Source: an uncultured Actinomycetota bacterium (GTDB taxonomy: Bacteria > Actinomycetota > Thermoleophilia > RBG-16-64-13). Taken from it: a DNA stretch of 64,000 nt. The stretch is taken from NCBI GenBank assembly GCA_963701105.1, contig OY969565.1, positions 1,014,998 to 1,078,997 of the forward strand, written 5' to 3'. Made by a program: the position numbers and the translations under genes. The notes under the pieces are model-generated. The model did not search any database and had not been told where the DNA came from. It worked only from the letters and a program-made list of their open reading frames with translations. This document shows, one piece after another, positions 1 to 10,367 of this stretch. Every line of letters begins with the position of its first letter. Position 1 is the stretch's first letter.

Positions 1-576
1 AACATCGAGCAACGGCAGAAGATTATCGCTTTCATCTTCAAGATTAAGCCTGGCAATTCCCTGTTTTGCAATGGTGTATATGTAAGGAAAATCAAGCTGA
101 TCATCTGAGGCTCCAAGATTTACAAACAAGTCGAACACTTCATTCAGTACCTCATTAGGTCTTGCATCTTTTCTGTCAATTTTATTAATCACCACGATAG
201 GTTTTAATCCCAGATCGAGCGATTTTTTCAAAACAAACTTTGTTTGGGGTAATGGTCCTTCGGCTGCATCAACAAGCAACAGAACGCCATCCACCATTCT
301 AAGAGTTCTCTCAACTTCACCACCAAAATCAGCATGACCGGGGGTATCAATTATGTTAATTTTACAATTTTTATAGTGTATGCTCAGATTTTTTGCAAGG
401 ATTGTAATTCCTCTTTCCTTTTCCAGGGCATTTGAATCCATTATTCGTTTCTCAACCTGCTGGTTTAATCTGAATGCCCCTGTTTGTTTTAACAGGTGAT
501 CTACAAGAGTGGTCTTACCATGATCAACATGAGCTATAATGGCTATATTACGTAAGTCATCTATACGACTAGTCAT
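1..576 (-). CDS. typA: Translational GTPase TypA/BipA, N-terminal part (gene runs off the left window edge)
   Basis: Not in the ORF track because it is open at the edge. Reverse translation from ATG at 576-574 gives [29 protein letters not shown]...[14 protein letters not shown]...[14 protein letters not shown]...VVINKIDR. These are GTPase G1/G3/G4 motifs in the context typical of TypA/BipA rather than LepA or EF-G. Confidence 0.85.
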   Translation of the reverse strand, partial: MTSRIDDLRNIAIIAHVDHGKTTLVDHLLKQTGAFRLNQQVEKRIMDSNALEKERGITILAKNLSIHYKNCKINIIDTPGHADFGGEVERTLRMVDGVLLLVDAAEGPLPQTKFVLKKSLDLGLKPIVVINKIDRKDARPNEVLNEVFDLFVNLGASDDQLDFPYIYTIAKQGIARLNLEDESDNLLPLLDV

Positions 577-664
577 CGAATTCTTTCTTTTAAAAATTAG
601 AAATGAAATATATAGATAAGTGGAGGTTTTTACAATGAATATTGCTTTACACTAAGTGATAATC

Positions 665-955
665 TCACGTAATAATTTGTGTATTAAGCGCAATTTCTTC
701 GAGTACTGAGGAAACTTTAAGACATTCTTTCATATCACCGTTAAACACAACACAACTACCTTTAACATGAACCTCAAAAGCACATGCTCTTGCTTTTTCA
801 TAAGTACAGCCAAGAGCTTTTATCAATTGAAATATAACTTCATCAAAAGTATGCCAGTCATCATTGTAAAGAATAACTTTACAGGAAAGACTAACTTTAA
901 CATCTTCTTTTTCTAAAATATCTAATCGCGATTCTTTTGAAGGTTTTAATTCCAT
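665..955 (-). CDS. clpS: ATP-dependent Clp protease adaptor ClpS
   Basis: 96 aa. The core VILYNDDWHTFDEVIFQLIKALGC...AFEVHVKG matches the ClpS family. Confidence 0.85.
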   Translation of the reverse strand: MELKPSKESRLDILEKEDVKVSLSCKVILYNDDWHTFDEVIFQLIKALGCTYEKARACAFEVHVKGSCVVFNGDMKECLKVSSVLEEIALNTQIIT

Positions 956-1111
956 GTTGCAAAAATATTAAATAAAAAATTGAAATTAAATGAAGTAAAT
1001 AACAAATAAAAGAATTTATGTATCAGTTGATATCGAACGCACCATAGGTTTGATTTTATAGGAGGGTATGATTATTTTTTGTTCTAAATTAACTTAAATA
1101 ACGGAGGATAG

Positions 1112-1864
1112 ATGAAAATAGCAGTATGTGTAAGCCATGTACCGGACACTGCTACTAAAGTAAAAGTTGGGGCAGATGAAAAAACAATTGATCCCTCGGG
1201 AGTTACCTACGTTGTAAATCCATATGATGAGATTGCTATTGAAGAAGCGCTTAAAATGAAGGAAAAATTTGGCGGCGACTCTGAAGTAACCGCAATTAGT
1301 GTCGGCGGAGATTCCAATAAAGAAACAATAAGAAAAGCTCTTGCAATGGGAGTAGATAAAGGAATTTTATTAAAAGATGAAAATTCAAGAGATTCATTCG
1401 GAATTGCAAAAGCACTTGCAGAAGAAATTAAATCACTCGGTTGCGAGTTAGTATTTTGTGGCAAGCAATCTGTTGATTATGACAATTCCGCAGTACCACA
1501 GTTAACTGCAGAATTTTTATCGTATTCATGCATCACAGTAGTAGTCTCGCTGAATATTGATGGAAACAAAGTTACTGCCGAAAGAGAAATTGAGGGAGGA
1601 CGAGAACTTGTTGAAACTGAACTACCGGTAGTTATCGGAGCTCAGAAAGGTCTCAACGAGCCAAGATATGCTTCACTGAAAGGAATAATGGGAGCAAAGA
1701 AAAAAACTATTGAGGAAAAACCGGCAGCACAGGTTGAACAACTTGCGGAGGTAATTAAAATGAATAAACCTCCTGAAAAACAAGCCGGAAGAATCCTTGG
1801 TACCGATTCATCGGCTGTACCGGAATTAGTAAAATTACTTAGAGAAGAAGCAAAAGTTATATAG
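1112..1864 (+). CDS. etfB: Electron transfer flavoprotein beta subunit
   Basis: 250 aa. MKIAVCVSHVPDTATKVKV...NPYDEIAIEEAL is a typical EtfB N-terminus. GGAGG lies upstream and etfA follows 15 nt downstream. Confidence 0.9.
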   Translation: MKIAVCVSHVPDTATKVKVGADEKTIDPSGVTYVVNPYDEIAIEEALKMKEKFGGDSEVTAISVGGDSNKETIRKALAMGVDKGILLKDENSRDSFGIAKALAEEIKSLGCELVFCGKQSVDYDNSAVPQLTAEFLSYSCITVVVSLNIDGNKVTAEREIEGGRELVETELPVVIGAQKGLNEPRYASLKGIMGAKKKTIEEKPAAQVEQLAEVIKMNKPPEKQAGRILGTDSSAVPELVKLLREEAKVI

Positions 1865-1879
1865 GAGTTTAACAAAAAA

Positions 1880-2851
1880 ATGGCAAATAAAATTTTAGCA
1901 ATTCTTGAACAAAGAGAAAATAAATTAAAAAGATCATCATTTGAAGCTGTAAGCGTATCAGCAAAATTAGCCAGAGAATTGAACCTTGAGGCTGAAGCTG
2001 TTGTTATCGGAACCGAAATAGAAAATATTTCTGATATCGGAAAGTACGGAATTAAGAAAGTAATTCATTTTAAAAATGAAAACCTTAAGAATTATTCAAC
2101 TTCTGCCTATACACAAATCATTTGTGATTATGCAAAAGAAACCGGAGCAAATTTTCTCATCTTATCGGGAACGTCTTTAGGTAAAGATCTTGCGCCTCAT
2201 TTAAGCGCCCGGCTGCAGGCTGGCTGCCTGATGGACTGTATTAATCTTAGTACTTCATCCGGAGAAGTTATTGCAACACGACCCGTATATGCAGGTAAAG
2301 CATTGATTGACGTAAAACTCAAAAGTGAAATTAAAATATTGGTATTGAGACCAAATGTTTTTAAAACTGAAGTTAATGAAGACTCAGCAACTGTAGAAGT
2401 TGAAACAAAAAATATTGAAAATCCTGATCTTAAAACAAGGGTTACAGAGATAAAAAAATCTGAAGGTAAGATTGATGTTGCAGAAGCCGATATTATTGTT
2501 TCTGGAGGCAGAGGATTAAAAGCACCTGAAAATTTTCATCTGGTTGAGGAATTAGCAGATACACTCGGTGCTGCTGTAGGAGCATCAAGAGCTGTTGTTG
2601 ATGCCGGATGGAGAGATCATCGTGAACAGGTTGGACAGACAGGTAAAACGGTATCCCCATCCCTTTATATCGCCTGTGGAATTTCCGGTGCAATTCAGCA
2701 CCTTGCAGGAATGAGTTCATCAAAATATATTGTAGCTATTAATAAAGATAAAGAAGCTCCGATTTTTAGTGTTGCGGATTATGGAATTGCGGGTGATGTT
2801 TTTGAAATATTACCAGCTTTGACCGAAGAGATAAAAAAAATAAAATCATAG
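1880..2851 (+). CDS. etfA: Electron transfer flavoprotein alpha subunit
   Basis: 323 aa. The C-terminal FAD-binding signature is present: VSGGRGL...ELADTLGAAVGASRAVVDAGW...QVGQTGKTVSPSLYIACGISGAIQHLAGM. Confidence 0.9.
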   Translation: MANKILAILEQRENKLKRSSFEAVSVSAKLARELNLEAEAVVIGTEIENISDIGKYGIKKVIHFKNENLKNYSTSAYTQIICDYAKETGANFLILSGTSLGKDLAPHLSARLQAGCLMDCINLSTSSGEVIATRPVYAGKALIDVKLKSEIKILVLRPNVFKTEVNEDSATVEVETKNIENPDLKTRVTEIKKSEGKIDVAEADIIVSGGRGLKAPENFHLVEELADTLGAAVGASRAVVDAGWRDHREQVGQTGKTVSPSLYIACGISGAIQHLAGMSSSKYIVAINKDKEAPIFSVADYGIAGDVFEILPALTEEIKKIKS

Positions 2852-2864
2852 GAACGAGGAAAAA

Positions 2865-3452
2865 GTGCAAAAGGTACAATGTGAAATATTGGGATTATCG
2901 TCCAGTCCATCTACAGGCGGAGCCTATGCCATCTTGTTGAAGGAAACAGGAGCAAACAGAAGACTTCCAATTATAATCGGAGCCTTTGAAGCACAGGCCA
3001 TAGCTTTGGAAATTGAAGGCATAAAACCCCCAAGACCTTTAACTCATGATCTCCTAAAACAAATGATTGATAATCTTGGGGCAACCATTATAGAAATAAT
3101 AGTAGATGAATTAAGAGAAAATACTTTTTATGCAAAAATAATTATCGAAGTGTCGGGATTAACAAATGAAGTGGACGCCAGACCGAGTGATGCGATTGCG
3201 CTTGCAGTACGTGCACGTTCACCAATTTACGTTGCCGAATCTGTAATGGAAGCCGCTGCCTTTATTCCATCAGAGGAGACTGAAGGAGAGGTAGTTCAGC
3301 CTGAGCAACATGAGCAGCAGGATGTTCCGAAAACAAAGGAAGCCAGGTTGGCAGCGTTACAGGATAAACTTCGAAAAGCGATTGAAACCGAAGAGTATGA
3401 AAGGGCAGCAAAAATAAGAGATGATATACAGAAGCTGACTGGTAATAATTAA
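2865..3452 (+). CDS. Bifunctional nuclease (BFN/DUF151) family protein with C-terminal UVR motif
   Basis: 195 aa with a GTG start. It carries GAFEAQAIALE, RPLTHDL and ARPSDAIALA, followed by a UVR-like EEYERAAKIRDDIQKL. Confidence 0.75.
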   Translation: MQKVQCEILGLSSSPSTGGAYAILLKETGANRRLPIIIGAFEAQAIALEIEGIKPPRPLTHDLLKQMIDNLGATIIEIIVDELRENTFYAKIIIEVSGLTNEVDARPSDAIALAVRARSPIYVAESVMEAAAFIPSEETEGEVVQPEQHEQQDVPKTKEARLAALQDKLRKAIETEEYERAAKIRDDIQKLTGNN

Positions 3453-3500
3453 TTAAAATGAATTCTAATTAATTTTCTAAGTTTGTAAACAATTGCCACG

Positions 3501-4979
3501 TTAACCAAAAACCTTTTTTCCTATTTTGCATTCAGCACAGTTGTCTTTGCTGCAATAATTTCGGAAAAGATCAATCAGTCCCTGGTATAGTACACTTCTC
3601 TTCCACGCATCATTAAGATTCAGTGTTTCCGAGACTTCATTAACCAGGCTGTTTTCACTTTGCTGATAATAGTTCAGATAAACTGAAAGTACTTTACGTG
3701 ACAAATCCTTCATATTAAACAAATCAAAATAAACTGAAAATGCCGGAAGAATGACATTAATAATTATTTCATCTGCTCTTGAAACACCGACAAAATAATT
3801 AATATTTATATTCGCCTGCTGATCAAAAGTATAATGATTGTGCCAAAACCCGTCACCTTTTACAATCAATTTATTTCTTAGTGAATTGATAATTTGCCTG
3901 TTGCTGTTATAGGTTTCAAAGTCTTTTATTATGGAATGAATAAGTTTTCCCCTGATAATTTGACAAAGTATTCTTACACCGCCTGCTATCCTGACAGTCG
4001 GAAAATTATATGGACGTAATTTTCCAAAATTCCATTGAGTTTTGTGGAATACTTTTCCGTCATAATTATTTTTTTCTATTGACCAGAGTTCTACAAGTTT
4101 ACGTACATACTCAGAAGTTTCTTCATCTTGTATTTCATCGGGCGATGGGAGTAAGCCACTTATATTAAAAAATATTGATTCAAGAATCAGCAAAAATGAT
4201 TCATCCCGATTAAACTTTTTAAGTACACCTATCTCGATACTTGAAGCAAGTCTATGCATAATATCTTTATTTTTCGAAAAACCCAATGCTTCGAACATTG
4301 ATTCATAAATCAGTTGTTCCCAGATTTCAGGATCTGAAAAATCATTGGCGGTAAATTCTCTTTTATAAAAATTATCGTCCGGTTCATAGTTAACAACAGG
4401 TTCTTTTAAGTTTATTTCTTTCAGATAAACCAATTCCTTTAATCTATCAAGTGCTTTATCGCATTTCTGTTTAAATCTTTCAATTCCCAGCTCATAAATA
4501 AAATCGAGTTTTTCCTTTTCGCTCATTTCGGTATTTACCTCTGCACATGGCATCTTATTTATTCTGCCGCTTCTTTCTGAGAGAATTGCCTCTTTAATTT
4601 TTTCACGGATATTTTGATTTAAAAAAGACTCGAGAGAGAATGACTGAACTTTTCTTCCCTCCTGCGTATATACAAATGAATCTCTTCGGGAATTACTGAA
4701 GACAACATGCAGGATTACACTGTTGTATTTTTTATTTAGATGATGACCGTGGGATTTCCAATCTGAATGTGTTCCGTCTATTTCAACATCACCAGTATAC
4801 GTAAGGTTACCAATCTGTATTCTGGCATGCTTAAAATCCGGTCCCCCTGTTGCTTTATTTTCTGTCCCTGAATCAATTATTTTTACAAATTGTTCATCTG
4901 TTGTTCTAAGTTCACTTACAAAATCCTGTTTTTTCCAGATTTCATAGAGAAACTTTTCCAGAATTTTATTCTGTTTCAT
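3501..4979 (-). CDS. DUF2851 family protein
   Basis: 492 aa. The N-terminus EKFLYEIWKKQDF...GGPDFKHARIQI...VEIDGTHSDWKSHGHHLNKKYNSVILHVV fits the DUF2851 signature. The C-terminus carries a CxxC pair (CSKDNCAECKIGKK). Confidence 0.7.
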   Translation of the reverse strand: MKQNKILEKFLYEIWKKQDFVSELRTTDEQFVKIIDSGTENKATGGPDFKHARIQIGNLTYTGDVEIDGTHSDWKSHGHHLNKKYNSVILHVVFSNSRRDSFVYTQEGRKVQSFSLESFLNQNIREKIKEAILSERSGRINKMPCAEVNTEMSEKEKLDFIYELGIERFKQKCDKALDRLKELVYLKEINLKEPVVNYEPDDNFYKREFTANDFSDPEIWEQLIYESMFEALGFSKNKDIMHRLASSIEIGVLKKFNRDESFLLILESIFFNISGLLPSPDEIQDEETSEYVRKLVELWSIEKNNYDGKVFHKTQWNFGKLRPYNFPTVRIAGGVRILCQIIRGKLIHSIIKDFETYNSNRQIINSLRNKLIVKGDGFWHNHYTFDQQANININYFVGVSRADEIIINVILPAFSVYFDLFNMKDLSRKVLSVYLNYYQQSENSLVNEVSETLNLNDAWKRSVLYQGLIDLFRNYCSKDNCAECKIGKKVFG

Positions 4980-4982
4980 GAT

Positions 4983-5471
4983 CTACCTGTTATATTGTCT
5001 GATCACCACGATTTTTTCTGATTGGGATCTTCTGCTGCCCAGGCGGTAAAAAAAGATAATGCTATTAACCGAATCATCAAGGAAAATATTGCGGAATTTA
5101 TATTCCCCCGCATTGACCTGGCTGTACATATCTTTCTTTCTCCCATTATTAAAAAGAAAAATATCTGCACCGGAAATTTTTTTGGGAAGCTCAACTGACA
5201 AGGCTATTATGGCGGAAGTGGTAAAAACTGTATCGTAAACGGAATTTATCCTGAGTTCTGGAAGCTTTGAATCAACCTTTAAGGAGTTGAGCTCATAGAT
5301 CTCGGGAGTTTGATAATCTTGTTTCTCGGACTCCCCAATGTAGTCTTCCGGAGGTTCTTTCACAGCAGATTCCTGCATTTTTCCCTCTTTTATCCAAGAG
5401 GATTGTTTAATGTTAAGAAAACTTACTAATATTAAAATTAATAGTAAAATTATGAAAAGGAATTTCTTCAC
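4983..5471 (-). CDS. Hypothetical membrane-anchored protein
   Basis: 162 aa with an N-terminal hydrophobic helix (FLFIILLLILILVSFL). It is tightly packed between the DUF2851 gene and pyrF (4-nt overlap). No domain recognised. Confidence 0.5.
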   Translation of the reverse strand: MKKFLFIILLLILILVSFLNIKQSSWIKEGKMQESAVKEPPEDYIGESEKQDYQTPEIYELNSLKVDSKLPELRINSVYDTVFTTSAIIALSVELPKKISGADIFLFNNGRKKDMYSQVNAGEYKFRNIFLDDSVNSIIFFYRLGSRRSQSEKIVVIRQYNR

Positions 5472-6286
5472 ATATTCAATTCTTTATTAATTTTTTGATT
5501 TAAAGTGTTTAATTCTTCAGCAGCAATCTCAGCAAAGTTTCTTTCACTACTTTTATATATGATTCCCCTGCTTACATTTATTATAAAATTTAATCGTCCT
5601 GCTTCCCTAAATGAGTTTATTACATCTTCCAAACTTCCACCTTGTGCACCAACACCGGGTAGAAGAACCGGCAAGTCTTCTATAAGCTTCATATTATTTT
5701 TAAGCTCTTCTATTTGAGTTGCCCCGAACACTATCCCGCAATTGTTATCTGTATTCCATGATTTAATTTTTCTTATAACTTCCTGGTATAAATAGTTTCC
5801 ATTCTCTAGTTTTAATTTTTCAAAGTTTTCAGCACCGGGATTGGATGTGAGTGTAAGAATAAAATTTAATTTGTTTTTGAATTCTATAAATGGTTTCAGT
5901 GAGTCTTCGCCCATATAAGGATTAATTGTGGAAGCGTCGCAACCAAAATAATTAAAAATAGAATCCGCGTACATTTTAGCCGTATTCCCAATATCGCCCC
6001 TTTTAGCATCACCAATAATAAGAATATCCTCAGGGATTACATCAATTGTTTGTTTTAAAATTTCAAATCCGCGTGCCCCTGAATTTTCGTAGAATGCAAA
6101 ATTTAGTTTATATGCTGCTGCAGTTTTGTAAGTCTTTTCAATAATCAGTTTATTAAACTCAATGACCTGATTTGGAGATGACTTTAAGTGGGCAGGAATT
6201 CTATTTATATCTGTATCCAGTCCTACACAAATAAATCTTCCTTCTGTATTTTTTCTGGTAAGTTTTTCAGTGGCTTTCATTATCAT
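5468..6286 (-). CDS. pyrF: Orotidine 5'-phosphate decarboxylase (type 2)
   Basis: 272 aa with motifs VGLDT, GDAKRGDIGNT and LPGVGAQGG. Confidence 0.88.
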   Translation of the reverse strand: MIMKATEKLTRKNTEGRFICVGLDTDINRIPAHLKSSPNQVIEFNKLIIEKTYKTAAAYKLNFAFYENSGARGFEILKQTIDVIPEDILIIGDAKRGDIGNTAKMYADSIFNYFGCDASTINPYMGEDSLKPFIEFKNKLNFILTLTSNPGAENFEKLKLENGNYLYQEVIRKIKSWNTDNNCGIVFGATQIEELKNNMKLIEDLPVLLPGVGAQGGSLEDVINSFREAGRLNFIINVSRGIIYKSSERNFAEIAAEELNTLNQKINKELNM

Positions 6287-6819
6287 TTAAAGCTTTTAAA
6301 CATCATTGATTCAACAGGAAATTCTGTTCGTTCAGTATACTTTGCATTTTTCTTTTTATTATATGGAATTTCCACTTCGCCTTTCATTTGAAAATAAATT
6401 ATCTGACCAACAGGCATTCCCGCATAAATTCTAACAGGCTGTTTAACTGAAATTTCCAAGGTCCATGTGTTACAAAAACCGGCATCTCCCTTGCCAGCGG
6501 TGGAATGGATATCAATTCCAAGTCTGCCGACACTGGACTTCCCTTCAACAAAAGGGACATAATTGTATGTTTCGGTATACTCTTCTGTAACTCCAAGGTA
6601 AAGTTTTGATGGAAGCAGCAGGAAACCTTGTTCCGGTATTTCAAATCTGCTTATTTTATTGTGCAGTTTCGCATCAAGTATATCACTATTATAAACAGCA
6701 AGCCACTTACCCAGATGAACATCGTAACTGTTGCTACCCAGATTTTCTCTGCTGAAAGGTTCTATTACAATATTCTTATTATTAATTTCTTCCAGGATTT
6801 GTTTATCGGAAAGTATCAA
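6283..6819 (-). CDS. dcd: dCTP deaminase
   Basis: 178 aa. MILSDKQILEE...IEPF...LGSNSYDVHLG...GRLGIDIHSTAG is the dCTP deaminase/dUTPase fold. It has a 4-nt overlap with pyrF. Confidence 0.85.
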   Translation of the reverse strand: MILSDKQILEEINNKNIVIEPFSRENLGSNSYDVHLGKWLAVYNSDILDAKLHNKISRFEIPEQGFLLLPSKLYLGVTEEYTETYNYVPFVEGKSSVGRLGIDIHSTAGKGDAGFCNTWTLEISVKQPVRIYAGMPVGQIIYFQMKGEVEIPYNKKKNAKYTERTEFPVESMMFKSFK

Positions 6820-6835
6820 TCAAGCTCCATTTATT

Positions 6836-8065
6836 TTAGGTATAATTTTTTCTTGTACGGTAAATATTGGCTACAATACCCAGCATAAACATGTTAACCA
6901 TCAGTGAACTGCCACCGTAACTGACAAATGGCAAAGGTATTCCTATAACAGGCATAATTCCTACTGTCATCCCGATATTTACCATTAAGTGAACAAAATA
7001 TACAGCAAGTATTCCAATTGAAACAAGGCTCAGGAATTCATCCTTAGCTAATGATGCTATCTTGAGAATTTTTATAAATATAACCAGGAACAACATAAGT
7101 GTAATAAAGCTGCCAATGAATCCCAGCTCTTCCCCAATTACACAATAAATAAAATCTGTCCACTGTTCCGGAATAAACTGAAGCTGAGTCTGATTTCCGG
7201 CAAGAAATCCTTTTCCCCAGAAGCCTCCTGATCCGATAGCAACCCTGGCCTGAATAGCATTATAACCTGCACCCAGCGGATCAGCCATTGGGTCTATAAA
7301 TGATCTTATTCTGTTTTGCTGATGAGGACTTAAAACATTATAAACATAATCTGCAAAAAATCCCGCTCCAAGATTTAATGCAAAAATAGATCCGCTAAAG
7401 AAAATATCTTTTTTAAAAACCAGTAACGCAACTGTTACAATTATTAAAGCGGCAATAAAATAGTACATTCCAAACAATGATGACAACGCAACAAATCCAG
7501 GGCTTAATACGATGAATAATCCGAACAGACTGATTCCTTTCCAGAAAATCATTGTTAAGATTATTCCAATGAATACAAGTGCAGTTCCCATATCCGGTTC
7601 CAGCAGTATTAGTCCAACAGGTATAAAACCGATAATAAGCGTAATTACAATATCCTTAAAAGATTCTATATCAGTATTATTCCGGCTGAGAAATGAAGCC
7701 AGCACAAGTATGGTTCCTATTTTTGCCATTTCGGATGGCTGAAAACCCACACTACCCAGGTCAAGCCAGCTTTTGGCTCCTGATATTTGCCTGCCCATAA
7801 TCAGTACAGCTGCTAATAATGCAAGGGATAATAAATACAATGGGATTGCTACAAGCTTAAAGGAATTTATTGGAACAGAGTATGTAATAAAAAAAACAAT
7901 GAATGCTCCAACTCCCCATATTAATTGTTTATCAAAATTACCTGAAGCCGTTGGATGATGGACCGTTGAACTATATATTGCTGCCAATCCTATCCCAAAC
8001 AAAAGTAAGCAAGGAATAAAAATTCCGAAATCAAATTTATCCTGAAGTTTGTAATCAATTCTCAA
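6836..8065 (-). CDS. rodA: Rod shape-determining SEDS glycosyltransferase RodA
   Basis: 409 aa polytopic membrane protein of the FtsW/RodA/SpoVE family (PEQWTDFIY...GEELGFIG, LPFVSYGGSS). It lies directly downstream of mrdA with an 11-nt overlap. Confidence 0.88.
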   Translation of the reverse strand: MRIDYKLQDKFDFGIFIPCLLLFGIGLAAIYSSTVHHPTASGNFDKQLIWGVGAFIVFFITYSVPINSFKLVAIPLYLLSLALLAAVLIMGRQISGAKSWLDLGSVGFQPSEMAKIGTILVLASFLSRNNTDIESFKDIVITLIIGFIPVGLILLEPDMGTALVFIGIILTMIFWKGISLFGLFIVLSPGFVALSSLFGMYYFIAALIIVTVALLVFKKDIFFSGSIFALNLGAGFFADYVYNVLSPHQQNRIRSFIDPMADPLGAGYNAIQARVAIGSGGFWGKGFLAGNQTQLQFIPEQWTDFIYCVIGEELGFIGSFITLMLFLVIFIKILKIASLAKDEFLSLVSIGILAVYFVHLMVNIGMTVGIMPVIGIPLPFVSYGGSSLMVNMFMLGIVANIYRTRKNYT

Positions 8066-9878
8066 AGGATGCGCCTATAATATTCTGATGTAACTTCTGT
8101 TCATACTTTCTCATCTCATCCTGTTTGGTCTTGTTCTTTAAAAGAAATGCTTCAATCATTTTCTTTGCAATAGGGGCAGCGTAAGTCGCACCGAATCCCA
8201 CATTTTCCACAATGACAGCTACTGCTATCTGCGGATTATCGAAAGGGGCAAATGCTATAAATAAGGCGTGATCTTTTCCATGCGGATTCTGAGCAGTTCC
8301 GGTTTTCCCGGCAATTTTAATACTATCCATTTTGATATGGGTAGCAGTTCCGGCACCATTCACAACCAGAAACATCCCTTCTTTAACAATATCAAATACT
8401 TTTTTATTAATACCAAGATCTATTTTATCATATTTAAAAGGGACGAAATCTTTTGTTTTATTATCCAGGTATCCTTTAACCAAATGAGGAGTATACGTCA
8501 CACCGTCATTAGCAATTAATGCAGTATACTGAGCGAGTTGAACAGGTGTAACACTAACTTCACCCTGTCCTATACCAAGGCTGGCCATTATGCTTCTCGG
8601 CCAGTTTGGACCGTATATTTTCTCATAATATTTTGTATCAGGTATGAATCCTTTTGCTTCATCACCAATGTCTATGCCTGTCCTTTTGGCAAACCCGAAC
8701 CTGGAAGCATAATTGTACCAGTTATCAAGTCCAATCTTATAAATAAGGTTATAAAAAAAAGTATTGCAGGATTTTTCAATAGCATGAACAACATTTATAC
8801 TGCCGTGTACACCGTGACACTTAAAAAACCTTCCGAAAGTAAATCCTCCTCCACAATAAAAAGTAGTACTGGGAGTAATTACCCCCATATCAAGAGCAGC
8901 AATTGCCTCCATAACTTTAAAGGTTGATCCCGGGGGTTTGACCGACATAGTTGCCCGGTTAAAGAGAGGTTTTTCTTTATCAGAATAAAGATTACTAAGA
9001 TATTCCCTGGAAGTAACATAGGAAAACCGGTTAAGATCATAATCCGGAAAACTGCCAAGTGCCAACACTTCACCTGTCTTTGGTTCGATAGCTACAAATG
9101 CTCCGCGCATCCCTTTGAATGCTTCTTCCCCTGCCTTTTGAACATCCGCATCAATAGAAAGAACAAGATCATTTCCTTTTACTGAAGGCAGATCAGCACT
9201 TCCGTTTTTAAACCTGCCTATTTCTTTTCTGCGTGAATCAACCAGGACGTAATTATATCCTTTTTCTCCCCTCAGATATTTTTCATAAGTTTTTTCAAGT
9301 CCATTGCTACCCACATAATCACCCGGATCATAATAATCATTATCTTTTTGTAATTGATCCGGTGAAATTTCTTTTGTGTATCCAAACATATGCGAACCCA
9401 TAATTCCGGCAGGATAGCCCCTCTGCATTTCTACTACATAATCAACACCCGGTAAAAATTCCGAATTCTCTTCAAGCCACGAAACAGTTTTAAAATCTAT
9501 TCCTCTCTTTATTCTGATCGGGATATATTTAGAGTATGCTCTGTTGTTAAAGAGAATTTTATTAATATAGCCGGAATCAACATCAAGAACATTTTCAAGA
9601 ATTTTGTTCAGTTTACGATTGTAATCAGCAGGAGTAATTCGTAGTGTATAAGCGGGAAGATTACTTACAACTATCTCTCCATTGCGATCAAGGAAAACGC
9701 CTCTCAAAGGTATTTGTTCAATTGCTTTAATACTATTGCTTGCAGATTTCTCATCATATTCTTTATGATTAACAATCTGCATTTGGAATAATCTAAAAAC
9801 GAGAAGAGCAAAACAGGCAGCAATAGTGAAGAAGATGACAGACTTTCTTTGAACCGATCCGAAATTTGAAGATCTCAA
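8055..9878 (-). CDS. mrdA: Penicillin-binding protein 2 (elongasome transpeptidase)
   Basis: 607 aa with an N-terminal TM helix and a transpeptidase domain carrying STFK, SCN and KTGTA motifs. It sits in the mreBCD-mrdA-rodA context. Confidence 0.9.
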   Translation of the reverse strand: MRSSNFGSVQRKSVIFFTIAACFALLVFRLFQMQIVNHKEYDEKSASNSIKAIEQIPLRGVFLDRNGEIVVSNLPAYTLRITPADYNRKLNKILENVLDVDSGYINKILFNNRAYSKYIPIRIKRGIDFKTVSWLEENSEFLPGVDYVVEMQRGYPAGIMGSHMFGYTKEISPDQLQKDNDYYDPGDYVGSNGLEKTYEKYLRGEKGYNYVLVDSRRKEIGRFKNGSADLPSVKGNDLVLSIDADVQKAGEEAFKGMRGAFVAIEPKTGEVLALGSFPDYDLNRFSYVTSREYLSNLYSDKEKPLFNRATMSVKPPGSTFKVMEAIAALDMGVITPSTTFYCGGGFTFGRFFKCHGVHGSINVVHAIEKSCNTFFYNLIYKIGLDNWYNYASRFGFAKRTGIDIGDEAKGFIPDTKYYEKIYGPNWPRSIMASLGIGQGEVSVTPVQLAQYTALIANDGVTYTPHLVKGYLDNKTKDFVPFKYDKIDLGINKKVFDIVKEGMFLVVNGAGTATHIKMDSIKIAGKTGTAQNPHGKDHALFIAFAPFDNPQIAVAVIVENVGFGATYAAPIAKKMIEAFLLKNKTKQDEMRKYEQKLHQNIIGASFEN

Positions 9879-10367
9879 CTAACCCAAACTCCTCTTAGGG
9901 TAAAAAATAGAAACGATTATACTTATTACAGCTGTGTAAAGCGCCGGCAGTAAAGCCTGTTCAAAAAATAATACAAATATACTTTTACTAAGATCAATTG
10001 TTGAGAAGAACGAGTAAACTATAGAATCAACAAGAGTACAGAGAAGAACTATAAGTGAAAATATATACGATTTAAGATAGACTTCTCTTTTATTTTCGTT
10101 TGAAAAATAACCGGCAATAAATCCAACTACGGTTTTAGAAAGTACCGCACTGCCAAGCAAACTACCGGTAATCATATCAAAAAGAAAACCATAAACAAAT
10201 CCCAGGATAGTTCCGAATATCTGACCGTGTTTCACCGAATAAAATACAAGAAGAATTAAAATTAAGTCCGGTATCACTCCATTAATTGCAACAAGCGGAA
10301 TTACCGTAGTCTGGATTACGAGTATAGGGAAGAACAATAGAATTGAAAATATATACTGAGAACGCAT
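9879..10367 (-). CDS. mreD: Rod shape-determining protein MreD
   Basis: 162 aa with about 5 TM helices, located between mreC and mrdA and abutting both. Confidence 0.8.
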   Translation of the reverse strand: MRSQYIFSILLFFPILVIQTTVIPLVAINGVIPDLILILLVFYSVKHGQIFGTILGFVYGFLFDMITGSLLGSAVLSKTVVGFIAGYFSNENKREVYLKSYIFSLIVLLCTLVDSIVYSFFSTIDLSKSIFVLFFEQALLPALYTAVISIIVSIFYPKRSLG